This document shows, in pieces, positions 50,216 through 63,042 of a DNA stretch of 64,000 nucleotides. The stretch's first letter is position 1, and every line of letters begins with the position of its first letter. The stretch is from Mobula hypostoma (Eukaryota), in contig NC_086109.1 of the NCBI RefSeq assembly GCF_963921235.1, positions 12,524,001-12,588,000 on the forward strand, written 5' to 3'. The notes beneath the pieces are model-generated. The model worked only from the letters and a program-made list of their open reading frames with translations, was not told the DNA's origin and searched no databases. The translations under genes were made by a program, and so were the position numbers.

Positions 50216-50479
50216 AGATCAGTAACAATTGTTTGATGATCAGTACAAGGATAAATTCTCTCCCATACAAGTACTGGTTGAAACATTTTATGCCCAAACC
50301 AGTCTCAATTCCTCTCTGTCAAACTGAGCATAATTTTTCTCTGCAGAGGTAAGGAAATGTGATTCAAAGGCTATGGGGCATTCACTTCCTTCACTCATAA
50401 CGTGAAAGATTGCACCTATGCCATAGAGAGAAGTGTCACAGGAAAGCTTCACTGGACGATGTGGATCATAACATGTGAG

Positions 50480-50765
50480 TACAGTTTCCTACAGAGTCAC
50501 CATTCTCTTTCCCGTTTTGAAAGCAACCTCACACTGCTTTGTCCATTGCCATTCCTTTCTGATCTGCAGAAATGAGCTTAAGCAGTGGCGCACAGTAGCC
50601 AGACATGGCAGGAACCTGTTATGGTAATTGACAAATCCTAAGAAGGACTGCAATTGTGACACATATTTTGCCTTTGGGGCATCCACCACCACTTGAGTTT
50701 TCTCTGCACACTTGTGTAATCCTTGTGTGTCAATGGTGTGAGCGCAGTAAGTGATGTTTGGTTTA
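50480..50765 (-). mobile_element. Gypsy RT/connection fragment
   Basis: SQLQSFLGFVNY.NRFLP.LAT....L..FL....WQWTKQCEVAF. Confidence 0.8.
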
Positions 50766-50769
50766 ATGG

Positions 50770-51540
50770 GTGCCACCTTTTTGAGGCATTGCTCCTTGAA
50801 GATGTCCTGGATACTATGGAGGCCTGTACCCATGTTGGATTTGACTGAGTTCACAGCTTTCTGCAGATTATTTTGATTCTGTGCAGTGGACCCATCCCCC
50901 CCCCACCCCGTTACCAGAATGTTTCGCAGCCAGTGAGAATGCTGTCCACAGTACATCCTTAGAAGCTTACCAGTGTCTTTGGTGACATACCAAATCTCTT
51001 CAAACTCCTAAGGAAATATGGCCACTGCCGTGACTTTTTTTGTAGCTGCATCAATATGTTGGGCCCAGGATTGACCCTCAGGTATGTTCACACCCAAGAA
51101 CATGAAGTTTCTCACTCTTTCCACTTCTAGTCCCTCGATGAGGACTGGTATGTGTTCCATTGTCTTACCCTTTCTGAAGTCCACAATCAATTCTTTGATC
51201 TTACTGACATTGAGAGCAAGGTTGTTGCTGCAACGTCACTAGACCAGCTGATCTACCCCATTCCTGTACGCCTCCTTGTCACCATCTGAAATTCTGCCAA
51301 CAATAATTCTATCATCAGCAAATTTATAGACGGCAGTTGAGTTGTGCTTAGCCACGCAGCCATGAAAACAGCAGACAGAGACGCAGATTACAATATCACT
51401 AGATGCTGCAGGAATCATCATAGTTGTAGTTTTATTCTCCCTTTCAAAGCATGCATAAAAGGTGTTGAGTTCATCTGGGATTGAAGCATCACTGCCATTC
51501 ATGATGTTAGGTTTTGCTTTGAAGGAAGTAATGGCTTTAA
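50770..51540 (-). mobile_element. Rex1/Babar-like LINE fragment
   Basis: PDELNTFYACFERE; YKFADD; IVDFRKGK. Confidence 0.8.
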
Positions 51541-52060
51541 CACATGACCTACAGTTCTTGTCCCACCCAACCTCAGTGGAAAAAAAGTCTGTTTGGTTTT
51601 ACCCTTTATAATTTTGCATACCTCTATCAAATTTTCTCTGACTCTTCAACACTCCAAGGAATAAAGGGTCTCGGCCTGAAACGTCGACTGCACCTCTTCC
51701 TAGAGATGCTGCCTGGCCTGCTGCGTTCACCAGCAACTTTTATGTGTGTTGAAGGAATAAACTTCTAACTTATCCATCCTGTTTCTATCACTCAGGTCCT
51801 CATGACCCAGCAATGTCCTTGTGAATTAAACCTATTCCATGGTCATTGTCACCGAGATCACATTTTTCCCCCGTTTTGATCTTTGGTCTGAACAACAATT
51901 GAACCTCTTGACCATGTCACCACGAGTTTATGCATTGAATTGCTGTCACATGATTTGCTGATTCGATATTTGCATTAATGAATTGCAGTATAAATATGTG
52001 AAATAAAGTGGCCACTGAGTGTAATTAAATGCGTCCTCCCCCCAAAAAAAAAACACTTAC

Positions 52061-52381
52061 TAGTGCCATTGATTTCTGTCACATAACTGCAGTTCTCTCC
52101 ATTGTTGAAGATGGTCACGTTGACCATTTCACTGGATTTTGCTCCATGCCAATTTGAGGCTGTGCAGTAATATTGATGACGTTGATGTTTGAAGGATTGA
52201 CAATGTAGATCCAGTTTATTAGTATCTGAGATCTTTGAATGCCCAGATGAATTGTTTTCATACCATGTGTACTGAATGGGAAGGGATCCCTGCACAGACT
52301 CACAGGACACTGTCACTGAGCCCCCGAGACGTGAAACATTTGCTGGCGACAGAAATCCGAGCACTGGAACAGACACGGGTT
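52061..52381 (-). CDS. Gene A first C2-set Ig exon: EPVSVPVLGF...YYCTASN...NCSYVTEINGT
   Basis: 321 nt, phase 1-1, acceptor ttctttcccacag, donor gtaagt. Confidence 0.93.
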
Positions 52382-52831
52382 CTGTGGGAAAGAATCAAAT
52401 ATTTAGACACTGGATGAGCATCTGAAAACTTAAAAAAGCATCAATTTCTCAGATGTCTTGAATACGTTGATGGCTCTTGATAGAAAATGTAATTATGACT
52501 GTGTTTGGAGACCTGTAGCAGGAAGGAAAACACTTGGCACTGATATTAACATGGAGGCAGCAAGGGATGGACAAGGACTGAAAAAAGATCTTGTACTCTT
52601 GTGTTGGCGAGGAGGAGGAGCAGAAATAGGAGGAAGAGGAGGAGGAGGAGGAGAAGATTGTCTTTATTAATATGATGATGACCCTCAGCCATGAGAGCAA
52701 CATCTCCCCAATTGGCAGGGACACCTGTGCATTATCTTCCCCAGTCATCGTTTGTTCTGACTCTTTCCAGAGGAAACACAGATCAAACATTTATTTAATG
52801 AAGACACAAGGGCAATCACTAACAAACTGAC

Positions 52832-53152
52832 CGTCAGATACCAGTAGATATACTCCAAACAGTGGATTGTCGCCAGATGTTGTAATTCCACAACTGTACC
52901 ATCCTGTATCTCCAGGGTGAAGATCCTCCATAGTAACGGTAAACACTCCTCGTATCCGGTTATCTGTGATTGACACTCTTTCACTCCGTTCTGGGTGCCC
53001 ATGTGTTTCCACTACAGTTGAACATGGGTGGTTGAATCCAATGCACCAAAATTTTGTGTGAAAGAGGTACATTGCTTCATAGTGACAATCGATTGTGACT
53101 GTTCTTCCCACAACTCCTCTTACATATTTCTCTGCCCAAAATGCACCTGAAA
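52832..53152 (-). CDS. Gene A first V-set (CD300/pIgR-type) Ig exon
   Basis: VSGAFWAEKYVRG..IDCHY..KFWCIGFNHPC..DTGWYSC; phase 1-1, donor gtcagt. Confidence 0.93.
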
Positions 53153-53429
53153 CTGAAGGGGATAGTCTCAGATGTGGGGTAAAAGAAGCTATTTAATACA
53201 AACAAATATACTAAGAAAATAATTTCAAAAAGAGCTGCAGGTCATGTCCTAGGATATGTCTGATGACCTCACAGTTAATGATTTTGGTGCTGTCGGTGCT
53301 GCGACTATGCTGGCTGCAGAAATTCTAGGGTCACTTTCTACTCCAGAGACCCAAGTGGAACTCCCAGCTAACGTTCTGGTAAGGAGTGTGGCAGTGCAGT
53401 GGATGCTAACTTTCAATTAACCCAGACCA

Positions 53430-53930
53430 TAGTCACAGAGTCATAGGGCACTACAGCACAGAAACAGACCCTTAGATCAGTTTAGTCCATGCCAAACTAT
53501 TATTCTGCCTAATCCCATTAACCTGCACCTGGACCAGAGCTCATCCACGTACTTATCCAAACTAATCTTGAATGTTGAAATCGAACATGCATCCACCACT
53601 TGCTCTGGCAGCTTGCTCCACTCTCTGACCAGCAATGAAGAAGTTCCCCCTCAAGTTCCTGACACTTCACCTTTCACCCTTTACCTCTAGTTCTGGTCTC
53701 ACCCAACCTTAGTGGGAAAAACCTGCTTGCCTTCACCTTATCTATATCCCTCATAATTTTGTATACCTTAATCAAATCTTCCCTCATTCTTCTACACTCT
53801 AGGTAATAAAATCCTAACCTATTCAACCTTTCCCTATAACTCAGGTCCTCAAGTCTAGGCAACATCCTTGGAAACTTTCTCTGCTCCCTCACAATCTTAT
53901 TGATATCTTTCCTGCAGGTATTATGCCCCT
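53430..53930 (-). mobile_element. CR1 3' fragment
   Basis: MLPRLEDLSYRERLNRLG..R.MREDLI.VYKIMR. Confidence 0.8.
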
Positions 53931-54354
53931 CTAGCGTATTTTATTTGGGATTGTCTCAGGCGGGCAGGCGAACTTTCATGCCACTGCAAATACTGGGAGG
54001 GGAGGGCTAGACCTACCTACAGACAATTACTGTGACCACTGCCTGAGAGATCACAGGAGAAAGGACTGTTCGTCAGTCTCAGACTTGGAGAATCTGTGAG
54101 GCTGGGTCGAAGGACAAGTAGGTACTGTGTAAAGCCCTGAGTTCTCCCACGCCTACAGAGGTTTATTACAATACTGCAATATTTCACATCCAGAACACTC
54201 TGCAGCCCCTGTGGTGCCAGCGGTCACAGAAATCCCTGATTTTACGCATGGATACCACATGCTCCTTCTACAGGGATGGTCCAGTTGCCTTGGAATCTGT
54301 TCCAAATTCAGTCCATATTTTGTTCCTGCCAAGTATCCTTCAATGAGTTGTTTG

Positions 54355-57300
54355 AATATTTTCATTTTAAAATCTTTTGAATAATTATTATTGAAGATTA
54401 ACAAAAAAAATACATTAAAGTACTCAAGTCAACATGTCAATATGTAAAATGAGGAATTAAATTAACAAATAACTGATTAGCAAAGCTAAACAATATATCA
54501 ATAATAAGAAGAAAAAATCAAGTGTTAAAACTATTTTGTTTTTGGAAAAAAGAAAGAAGGGAAAAAGAACCCCTACTAACTAAAACAAAAAAACCCTGCT
54601 AACAAAAAACCCGAAAAAAATCCCCATTGGGAGCACGACCCCAGAGCTATACGCCATACAAGCTTCCATAAAAGAAAAACATCAATCCGCCAACTCAAAT
54701 CCATTTAAACAAGAATCAGAAGGAAACCATCTAAATTAACTCAAATCAGATGATGGTAGTGGGCAAAAGAACTCCACCTTTTCTCAAAGTCAAATCGAGG
54801 ATCAAAAGTTTGACTTCTGATTTTCTCCAAACTAAGACATAGCATCACCTGAGAGAACCATTGTATCAAAGTGGGAGCAGGGGCATCTTTCCATTTCAAT
54901 AAAATAGCCCTTCTGGCCAATAATGTAACAAATGCAATTACATGTTAGTCTGATATTGAAGTACAATGAATATATTGAGGGATTATACCGAACAAAACTG
55001 TCAATTTATTAGATTGTAAATTATTTTTTAAAGCTTTAGAAATTGTAGAGAAAATAGATTTCCAAAACTGTTTCAATATAGAACATAACGAAAACATATG
55101 TGTCAATATGGCTCTCTCAGTTTTACATCTATCACACTGATTATCAACATTAGGAAATATTTTATACAGTCTCTCCTTCGTCAAATAGTAACGATGTACA
55201 ATTTTAAATTGAATTAAAGAGTGACTGGCACAAATCGAAGAAGACTTAACCAACTTCAAAATTCGCAACCAATCCTCTGTTATCAAGGTCATGTTAAGCC
55301 CTCTCTCCTAATCTTGCTTAATCTTAGGTGAAGGATAATTGTACTGTTGTAATAGTAAATAATAAGTTTTCCCAATAAAACGTTTCACTAAAGGATTCAC
55401 TTTTAAAATAATGTCTAACAGGTCAGAATCCTGTATATATGGAAAACTACTTAAATATTCTTGTAAGAAATGTCTGACCTGAAGATATTGCAATAAATGT
55501 GAGAACGAGAGAGAGTGTTTAGTTACTAATTTCTCAAAAGACATCAATCGGCCTTTTTGGAACAGATCCATGAAGGGATAGACTCCCTTATTCCTCCAAA
55601 GAAAAAAGGTAGGATCACTTAGTGAAGGTTTAAATAAATAATTTTGATAAATTAAACTAAGAAGGTTAAATTTTCTGAGATTAAAAAAATTACGAAACTG
55701 GTACCAAATTTGGCCAGTTAACAAAAGTGTAAGTGGGTTCCATCTACAAAATAATTGCTTCATAAAATCCACTAAAGGAACCAAATTAGCTCCATAAAAG
55801 TCCCTGTAATTTTTACTGATAATAAGACCTAAATATTTAAAAGAGTCCGTAACTTTAAAAGGAATGTCATCATATATAGAAGCAAAATCATTTAGAAGAA
55901 ATAATTCACTTTTATGAAGGTTTAGTTTACATCCCAAAACTTTCCAAATTCATTTAATAATTTCAATAAACTAGGAATGCATTCTTCAGAATTTGGAACA
56001 TAAACTAAGAGATCATCTGCATAAAAGGATATCTTATGAATAGTCCCATTTATGGAAATTCTCTTTTTTCTAAATTTAAACTTTTTTCTAAATTTAAATT
56101 ATATGATGAGAGGAGCGGAGTTAACGACATTATTGAACATATCCGATATAAGCTGTTGGTCTAGCCCTGTTTTGTTTTTTTTTCTTCTTGGGGGTTTTTT
56201 TCTTTTTTTCTTTTGGGTTTTTTTTCGTTTATATATTTTTTTTCTTTTTATTTCTTTTTTAATGTTTCATCTCATTACGAGTTTGGAAGTCTTTTATATC
56301 TCTGTTACTTAAAATTCATTTTATGTACGTTGATGAACATTTTTCCAATCTCTTTGTACCAACTTTGTTATTGAGTTTGTAATTTTGAAAAATTAATAAA
56401 AAGATTTAAAAAGAAAGAAAGGAAATTCTATGGATATCTTTAGCTTCACGAAGTGCAATGGCCAAGGGTTCCAACAACAAATTAAATAACAGGGGACTTA
56501 GCGTACATTTTTGTCTTGTACCCTGCGAAAGTTGAATAAAAGGAGATCTGCAATTATTAGTAATAACAGTAGCAATAGGGCTTTTATATATCACTCTAAT
56601 CCACTTATTAAAATGAGTACCAAAGCTGAATTTCTCTAAAACGTTAAATAAGTATTTCCATTCAACTCTATCAAATGCCTTTCCAGCATCAAGAGAAACA
56701 ACACATTGGGGAGTCTTAGAAAAGGATAAGGATATGACATTTAACAGTCTCTAAGTATTAGAGAAGGAATAACGGCTCTTTACAAAACTTGTTTGGTCCT
56801 GAGAGATAATTTTAGCTAGAATATTCTCCAGTCGATTAGCTATTACTTTCGAAAGAATTTTAGCATCCACATTTAATAATGAAATGGGTCTATATGTAGC
56901 GCAGTCAGTAGGGTCTTTATCTTCCTTTAAATTAAAGAAGTAGAAGCTTCATAAAATATGGGAGGTAACTCTCCTAACAAAAAAGAATCTTTAAGCTTTT
57001 CTGACATATATGGAGGAAGCAATTTTTCAATTTTTTTATAAAATCCTACAGAAAAAACATCCAATCCAGGAGCTTTACCAGATTGTATTGAAAGAATAGC
57101 TTTCTGAATTTCTTTTTCAGTAATAGGAGTATCAAGAGTTTGTTGATCTTCAACAGATATTCTAGGAAAATCAATCTTTTGTAAAAGGGCATTCATTTTA
57201 GAAGGATCAGCTGGAAACTGAGATTTATAAAGTTCAATGTAACAGTCTTGAAAAATTTTATTAATGTCTTCATAATTACAAGCTAAACTACTGTCTCCCT

Positions 57301-58240
57301 TATGAATTTTTAAAATTTGTCTTTTAGCTCTAGCTGCCTTTAATTGGGATGCTAATAGCATATTATTTTTACCTCCAAACACATAAAATTGACTTTTCAA
57401 TTTAAGCAGATTTCTTTCAATAGGATAAGTTAATAGTAAATTATATTGTGATTGAAGTTCAACCATTTGTTTAAATAAATCAATGTTAGGAGAGATTGCA
57501 TAAATATTATCCAAGTCTTTAATTTGTTTTGAAATCTTATCTAACTCTGTTTTTGTCTAGTTTCTCTAGAGTCTAGTAACTCTAGTTTCTTAACCTTAGC
57601 TAAATAGGAGATTATCTGACCACGCAAATATGCTTTAAATGTATCCCATATAATCAATTTCGACACATTTCCCATATTGTTAAAAAGGTAAAAAGTCTTT
57701 TCTGAGTCTCAATAAATTTGACAAAGTCTGAACTTTGTAATAAATTTTCTGGAAAACACTAATGCAAGTTTACAATACTGACATCATTCAATTCAAAAGC
57801 TAAGCTTAAAGGCGCATGATCCGAAACGACGATAGCGACATATTCATATTTCTGGACTTTGGACAAAAATTGGAAATCAGCTATAAAATAATCAATTCTC
57901 GAATTTTTTTGTGAACATGTGAATAAAAGGAATAATCTCTGTCATTAGGATGTAGATGTCTCCAGATTTTGATCAAACCATAATTGATTAAAGAAGAGTT
58001 AATAGTGATGCCGAACAACTTGGAAGCTGCTGATTGGTTGAACTCTTGTCAATCAAAGGATTTAAACAACAGTTAAAATCACCACTCATTAATAACATAT
58101 ATTCGTTTAAATCTGGCAATAAACCAAATACATTTTTTAAAAAAAGAAGGATCATCTACATTAGATCCATACAGATTAACCAGGACAAATTTTCTATTAC
58201 AAATTGTTCCTTTGACAATTAAATATCTATCATTAGTATC
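54355..58240 (-). mobile_element. L1 ORF2 (endonuclease, RT, C-terminus) plus 3' UTR, degenerate
   Basis: GDFN, SDHAPL, GKAPG.D.F, YRPISLLNVDAKIL, LDA.KAFDRVEW, GTRQ.C.LSPLLF, YADD, FKYLG. Confidence 0.92.
56063..56420 (+). mobile_element. L1-type 3' fragment inserted antisense into the older L1, with 9-bp TSD
   Basis: GGAAATTCT at 56054-62 and 56421-29; aataaa plus A-rich tail; the host RT frame rejoins across it (KDIHRISINGTIHKISFYADD). Confidence 0.8.
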
Positions 58241-59049
58241 TGACACAATGTCTTCTTAGATAAATAAAATATTAAATTTAATAAAAAATAGACATTCCCT
58301 TTGTTTTATTTTGACAAGTGGCATGAGATTGAAGGCCCTTCCACATTTTAAAAAATCTATTTTGATGGCCTGTTCTGATATGCGCTTCCTGAGTTTGAGT
58401 ATTTTACAACAGTGGTCGGACCAATTTTGCATCAGGAAGTCCAGATGTGATTTCAAATTCCATGAGGGGACATTGATAATTCAAATACAATTTATTATTT
58501 AATTCTGGAATTAATAACCATGTATCAATAATGATAAAATAATTATAATGATCAAGAGACCTCTAGGTGGTTACCAAAATTGTACGAGAGTTGCAAAGCC
58601 ACATTAGGGATGGAAATCTAACATCCCTACCCAATCTGGTTTACCCATAAATACAGAACTATCAATCTTCTTGACTATTAATTGTGCCCCCCCCTCACTG
58701 AAATAGCCCCATAAAGACACCAAATTCAAGAGAACAATGCTGATCTTCACTGCAATCAGTGCACTACAAGATCAGATTCTAGTACTGGTAACCAGATTTT
58801 CCCACTTAACATTCTCCAGCAGTATTCTCCACCCCTACCTCTTTTTCCAATGTCTGCTTCCTCTCCCACCCACATGCCTCTGTCTCCCAACTGCACCCCT
58901 CTCCCTCCCGGCTCCTTCATCCCCACTTCCCCCTTGGTCCCTCTGTCACCTATTTGACCCTGATTCACACATTGTTCTGTCCTCTTTACACTACACACTG
59001 TGACCACGTTACTGTGTACCTATTAAAGAAGCCACTTTCAATACCCCTT

Positions 59050-59548
59050 TTTCCTAATAAAGTGGCTACTGAATGCATGTTTGTGGTCATCTGCTGTACT
59101 CTATCAACTTCAACGTTTGACGTGTTGTGTGTTCAGAGATGTTCTTCTGCATACCAATGTTGTAATGCTTGGTCATTTCAGTTATTATCACCTCTCTGTC
59201 AACTTGAACCAGTTTAATCATCCTCCTCTGACCTCTCTCATTCACGAGGCAATTTTGCTCACAAAGCTGCTGCTCGCAGGATGTTTTTTGTTTTTGTTTC
59301 TCAGATTATTCTCTTTAAACTCTACAGAAAATCACAGGAGATCAGCAGTTTCTGATATGCTCAACCCATCCCTTCTTACACCAACAGTGTCACCTAAATC
59401 ACATTTCTTCCCCATTCTGATGGTAGGTCTGAACAACAACTGACCTCTTGACCACATCTGCATTGAGTTGCTGCCGCATAACCGGTGGACTGGATATTTA
59501 CATAAACGAGCAGGTGTTCAGCTGTACCTAAAATGGTGGCCACTGACT
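59050..59548 (-). mobile_element. Tc1-like transposon remnant
   Basis: Reverse-oriented match to 18510-19032 and 44410-44950, with gtggccactga termini. Confidence 0.75.
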
Positions 59549-60094
59549 GTATCTTCACTCTCCACTTCCAATCTGATGCAGGGCCTCGGCCCAAAATGTT
59601 GACAATTCCCCTCCTTCCGCAGATACTACTCAACCTGCTGAACTCCAGTCATTTGCTTCGAACTTTGCATTCCGGCATTTGCAGTCTTTTATGTCTACAC
59701 ACATTAGAGCAACGTAGAATGGTCTGGCACCCTTCGGCCTAACCAGTTCATTCTGAGCACAGCGCCTATATAGTTAGTCTAAGTTTTCTGCATTTGGTTC
59801 ATTTCCGTCCAAGCCCAACACCTCTGTGTACTTAATGAAAAGTCTCCTAAATGATACTACTGCACCTGTATTCAACAGTACTGCTATCATTTCCTTCTAC
59901 AATCCACTGGGTACTCCTCAGGTGCTTTTTAAATCTTTTCCATCTCATCCTAAATATACGCCAACCACCACCCCCCCCCACGCACTTAAATTCTGTACTC
60001 GACTAAATCTAGGGAAGCACTCTGCTGCGCAAATGGTGCACTATACCCAACCTAACACTGATGATGTGAATGTCCTGCGCTGGCTTTCACTCAC

Positions 60095-60131
60095 CAGGTA
60101 GGAAACTAATCAGCAGAACTGAAATCCACAT
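60095..60131 (-). CDS. Gene A leader (signal peptide) exon: MWISVLLISFLP
   Basis: ATG at 60131, 37 nt, donor gtgagt, phase 1. Confidence 0.9.
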
Positions 60132-60199
60132 CGTTTTATTTGCAGAGATCCGGTCAAATACTCCCTGTCCTTGGAGCGAAATAACAGAAATAAAATAGA

Positions 60200-60255
60200 G
60201 GAAGAAGGCAGCAGGAAGTCTGATGATAAAACCACAGCAAACTGAAATGTGGTAC
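60200..60255 (-). promoter_or_regulatory. Gene A proximal promoter: Ets, GATA and RUNX motifs
   Basis: caggaagt 60212-19, tgataa about 60224-29, aaccaca 60230-36, tgtggt 60248-53. Confidence 0.55.
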
Positions 60256-61549
60256 ATTACAAAATGAAGAAATGTGTTTTATTATCAAAGGACATGTATA
60301 CCACCATATACAACTCTGAGATTCATTTTCTTGCAGGCATAGGCAGCAAATCTATAGAACAGTAAAGTGAATCTTTTCTCGCTGCTGTCATTGGAAAGAA
60401 GGTACAAGAATCTCAAGTTTCACAACTTCATGACCAAGAACATTTCCTACCCCACAACCATTAGGCTCTTGAACAAAGAGAATAACTACACATCCATGGA
60501 AATGTTTCCACTACCAATAATCTCGCTTCAAGGACTCTTTATCCTGGATCAATGAAAAATCAACCAGAGTGCAGAAGACAACAAACTGCAATTGCAAACA
60601 TAAATAAATAGCAAGAAATAATGAGAACTTAAGATACTAAGATACTAAGATAACCAACCATGAACTTTGCCATCAGGGCTACATCAGAGTTGGTCATGGC
60701 AAAACAAAGCAGCATTGCCAGGGTCTGGCAGATACAACTTCCTTCAAACCATAAAACTTCTGAAGGGTGGCAAGTGGAAGAATCTGTTCTCAACAAGCAA
60801 AACTGCGAGATGCAAACCCATTTTGAAAAGTGAAATTCTAAAATAACAATTTCAACTTACAGGTCTAAAGCAACACAGAATATTTATAGAGACTAATCTA
60901 CCTTGGGGTCTCAGGATTGCAATCTGTGAGAGAGGGTAGCGTATAGTCCTCTCGCATTATTTCAGTACGATTGAAGTCAATACTCTCACAGGCACAACCC
61001 TAGAGAATGAAAGTGGGTGCACCGCTCAGTCCCCCCTCCCCCACCCTCCGTAGTCCACCACCATCAATAACATCACTGCAATTATATCTCATGTGGCAGT
61101 TGTGTCACAAAGCACTGGTAATTGAGGACATTCTGCCTTTCGATGGAACTGGATCTTGCAGTATCATTGAATCTTATTTCTGAATTTTCGGAATATGAGG
61201 CTCTTGTTGATTATGTTGCTGAAGTTCCACAAGGATATCAGATTCTGTGGAGATAAGGAGATAAGACTCAATTCCAACAGCTTCCCCGTGGCAGGGTGCA
61301 GACGAGACGGATTGTTTTATTCACAGACAGCAGGCCAGCCCTTGTCACTTATTCAACCAGCTCTTCGATGAGTTAAATGTTAGGTAGGAGACACATGAGG
61401 AAGAAAACACCAAGAAGCTCTATAGTTGTACGACAGTGAGACAGCTGGCAAAATCACCCTAGAATGCAATATCATCTGTTATATTTAACAAATTGGTTTA
61501 TCGAGTTATTACTGTCACGTGTACAGACACACAATGAAAAACTCAAAAC

Positions 61550-61745
61550 CACACACACACAATGCCAGTGGAACTCAAAGGTTCAGGCAGCATCCATGGA
61601 AACGGGCAGTTAGGGTTTCGGGCTGAGAATCTCACTCAGGACCCGAAGTGTTGACTGTTCATTCACTTCCATAGGTGCTGCCTGAACTGCTGAGCTTCTC
61701 CAGCATTTTCTGTGCGTTGTTTTGGATTTTCTGCGTCTGCATATT
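61550..61745. repeat. Compact inverted pair of Penelope 3' ends
   Basis: ggaactcaaaggttcaggcagcatccatggaa versus ttccataggtgctgcctgaactgctgagcttc. Confidence 0.6.
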
Positions 61746-62563
61746 TATTATTATCGTGTTAGTGAAAAGCTCAGCCATTCATACAGAAGCTTTTATCGTA
61801 TCAGTACATCAAAGTTAGTGCAAGAGAAAAGCAATAACAGAATGCAGAATAAAGTTACTGCAAAAGAGGAAGTGTCGTGTCAGCAACTACAACAAAACGA
61901 ACTTCCAATGTCTGCTATAATTAGTGAGAGGTGGTTAAACTGTTAGAAGGTACTTGTGGTAAATTGTGAAGATTGTGAAGTGAGAAATTAAAAAAAACTC
62001 CGGACCAGCGTGTGTGGCTTCATTGCCTCAGTTATGAGCTGATTTCATTCACAGCCTGTGGCCTCAAATTCAGGGATTCTGCAGTTCATGTTCTCAATAT
62101 AATATGTTTAATTTTATTATTTGCCCGATTTGTCCTCTTTTGCACATTGGAAGTTTTTTGGTCTTTGCTATATGACAGACTCTACTGCATTTCTTTATTT
62201 TCCTGTGAGGGCCGGCAAGAAAATGAACTTCGGGGATGTATGTTGTTTACCTACTTTGATAATAAATTTACTTTGAACTAGGGAGGAACTCAGTGGGTCA
62301 GGCAGCATTCATGGAGGCAAATTATGATCGTTGTTTTAAATTGAGATGCTACATTTTGGACAGTGAGAAGGAATGATGAGAGTAGTGGTACCAGACCAAG
62401 TGGGACGTCCCACTGCTGGGCAGCACGATAGAGGTGGTTAGACTTCTGTACAGAGAGATGGGCATTATACCAAAGTCAGGACCTATCCTGCCTCTCCAGG
62501 GAGGATCTGGTGATCCGGAGTGTACCCGTTGTGGCCAGTGTAGGCAGTTGTGATCTGGACTAA

Positions 62564-63042
62564 AGCCCAATTTATACTTCTGTGTCAAATGTACGCCGTA
62601 GGTACCGCGTACCCTACGCCATAGGGTGACATGCGCCTCCCCGAAAAATTAACTCACGCGTTGCGGCGACGCAGACCGCAACAACTGAAATTGGTCCACC
62701 TGGTAGCATCGCATTTCCTCCTACGCATTTCTGGTTGCTTTTCTCCGCCATGTCCGCACACTGATGCAAAATAAATGGTTGGAGATGATGAACCAAATCG
62801 TCAAATCCACCTGCCTACATCCGAAAATATTTGAAATGCATTTCCTCGTCCATGTCTTTCACGAAGAAACTCAACACAGTAGCATAGAGACCCCACCGCT
62901 AACTAGCATTTTGGCGGTGAATTGCAGAGCGACTCAGACACAACAACGCATGCTCGCTACAGCGTAGGGCTACGCAGTAGTATAAATCAGGCCTACTGCG
63001 TAGGATACGGCGTAGCTCGTACACGCAAGTATAAATCAGCCT
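62564..63042. mobile_element. PIF/Harbinger-type MITE with TAA TSD
   Basis: TAA at 62561-63 and 63043-45; TIRs agcccaatttatactt / aagtataaatcagcct; subterminal tacgccgtag repeats. Confidence 0.75.

Larger units (their letters stand above)
37964..60131 (-). other. Gene A model: CD300/pIgR-like Ig receptor, leader-V-C2-V-C2-stalk-TM(Arg)-short tail, about 500 aa
   Basis: Eight exons with GT-AG sites and compatible phases (1,1,1,1,1,2,0) give a continuous open frame. Confidence 0.83.

Noticed and set aside
43427-52060. Alternative model of four separate V-C2 genes
   Set aside because: No additional leader exon, xCE stalk or paralogous TM exon was found between modules here or in 12599-18127. 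Retained only as a testable alternative.
60840-61500. Apparently unique sequence upstream of gene A as the end of another gene
   Set aside because: No ORF, splice pattern or homology to cluster exons could be recognised.
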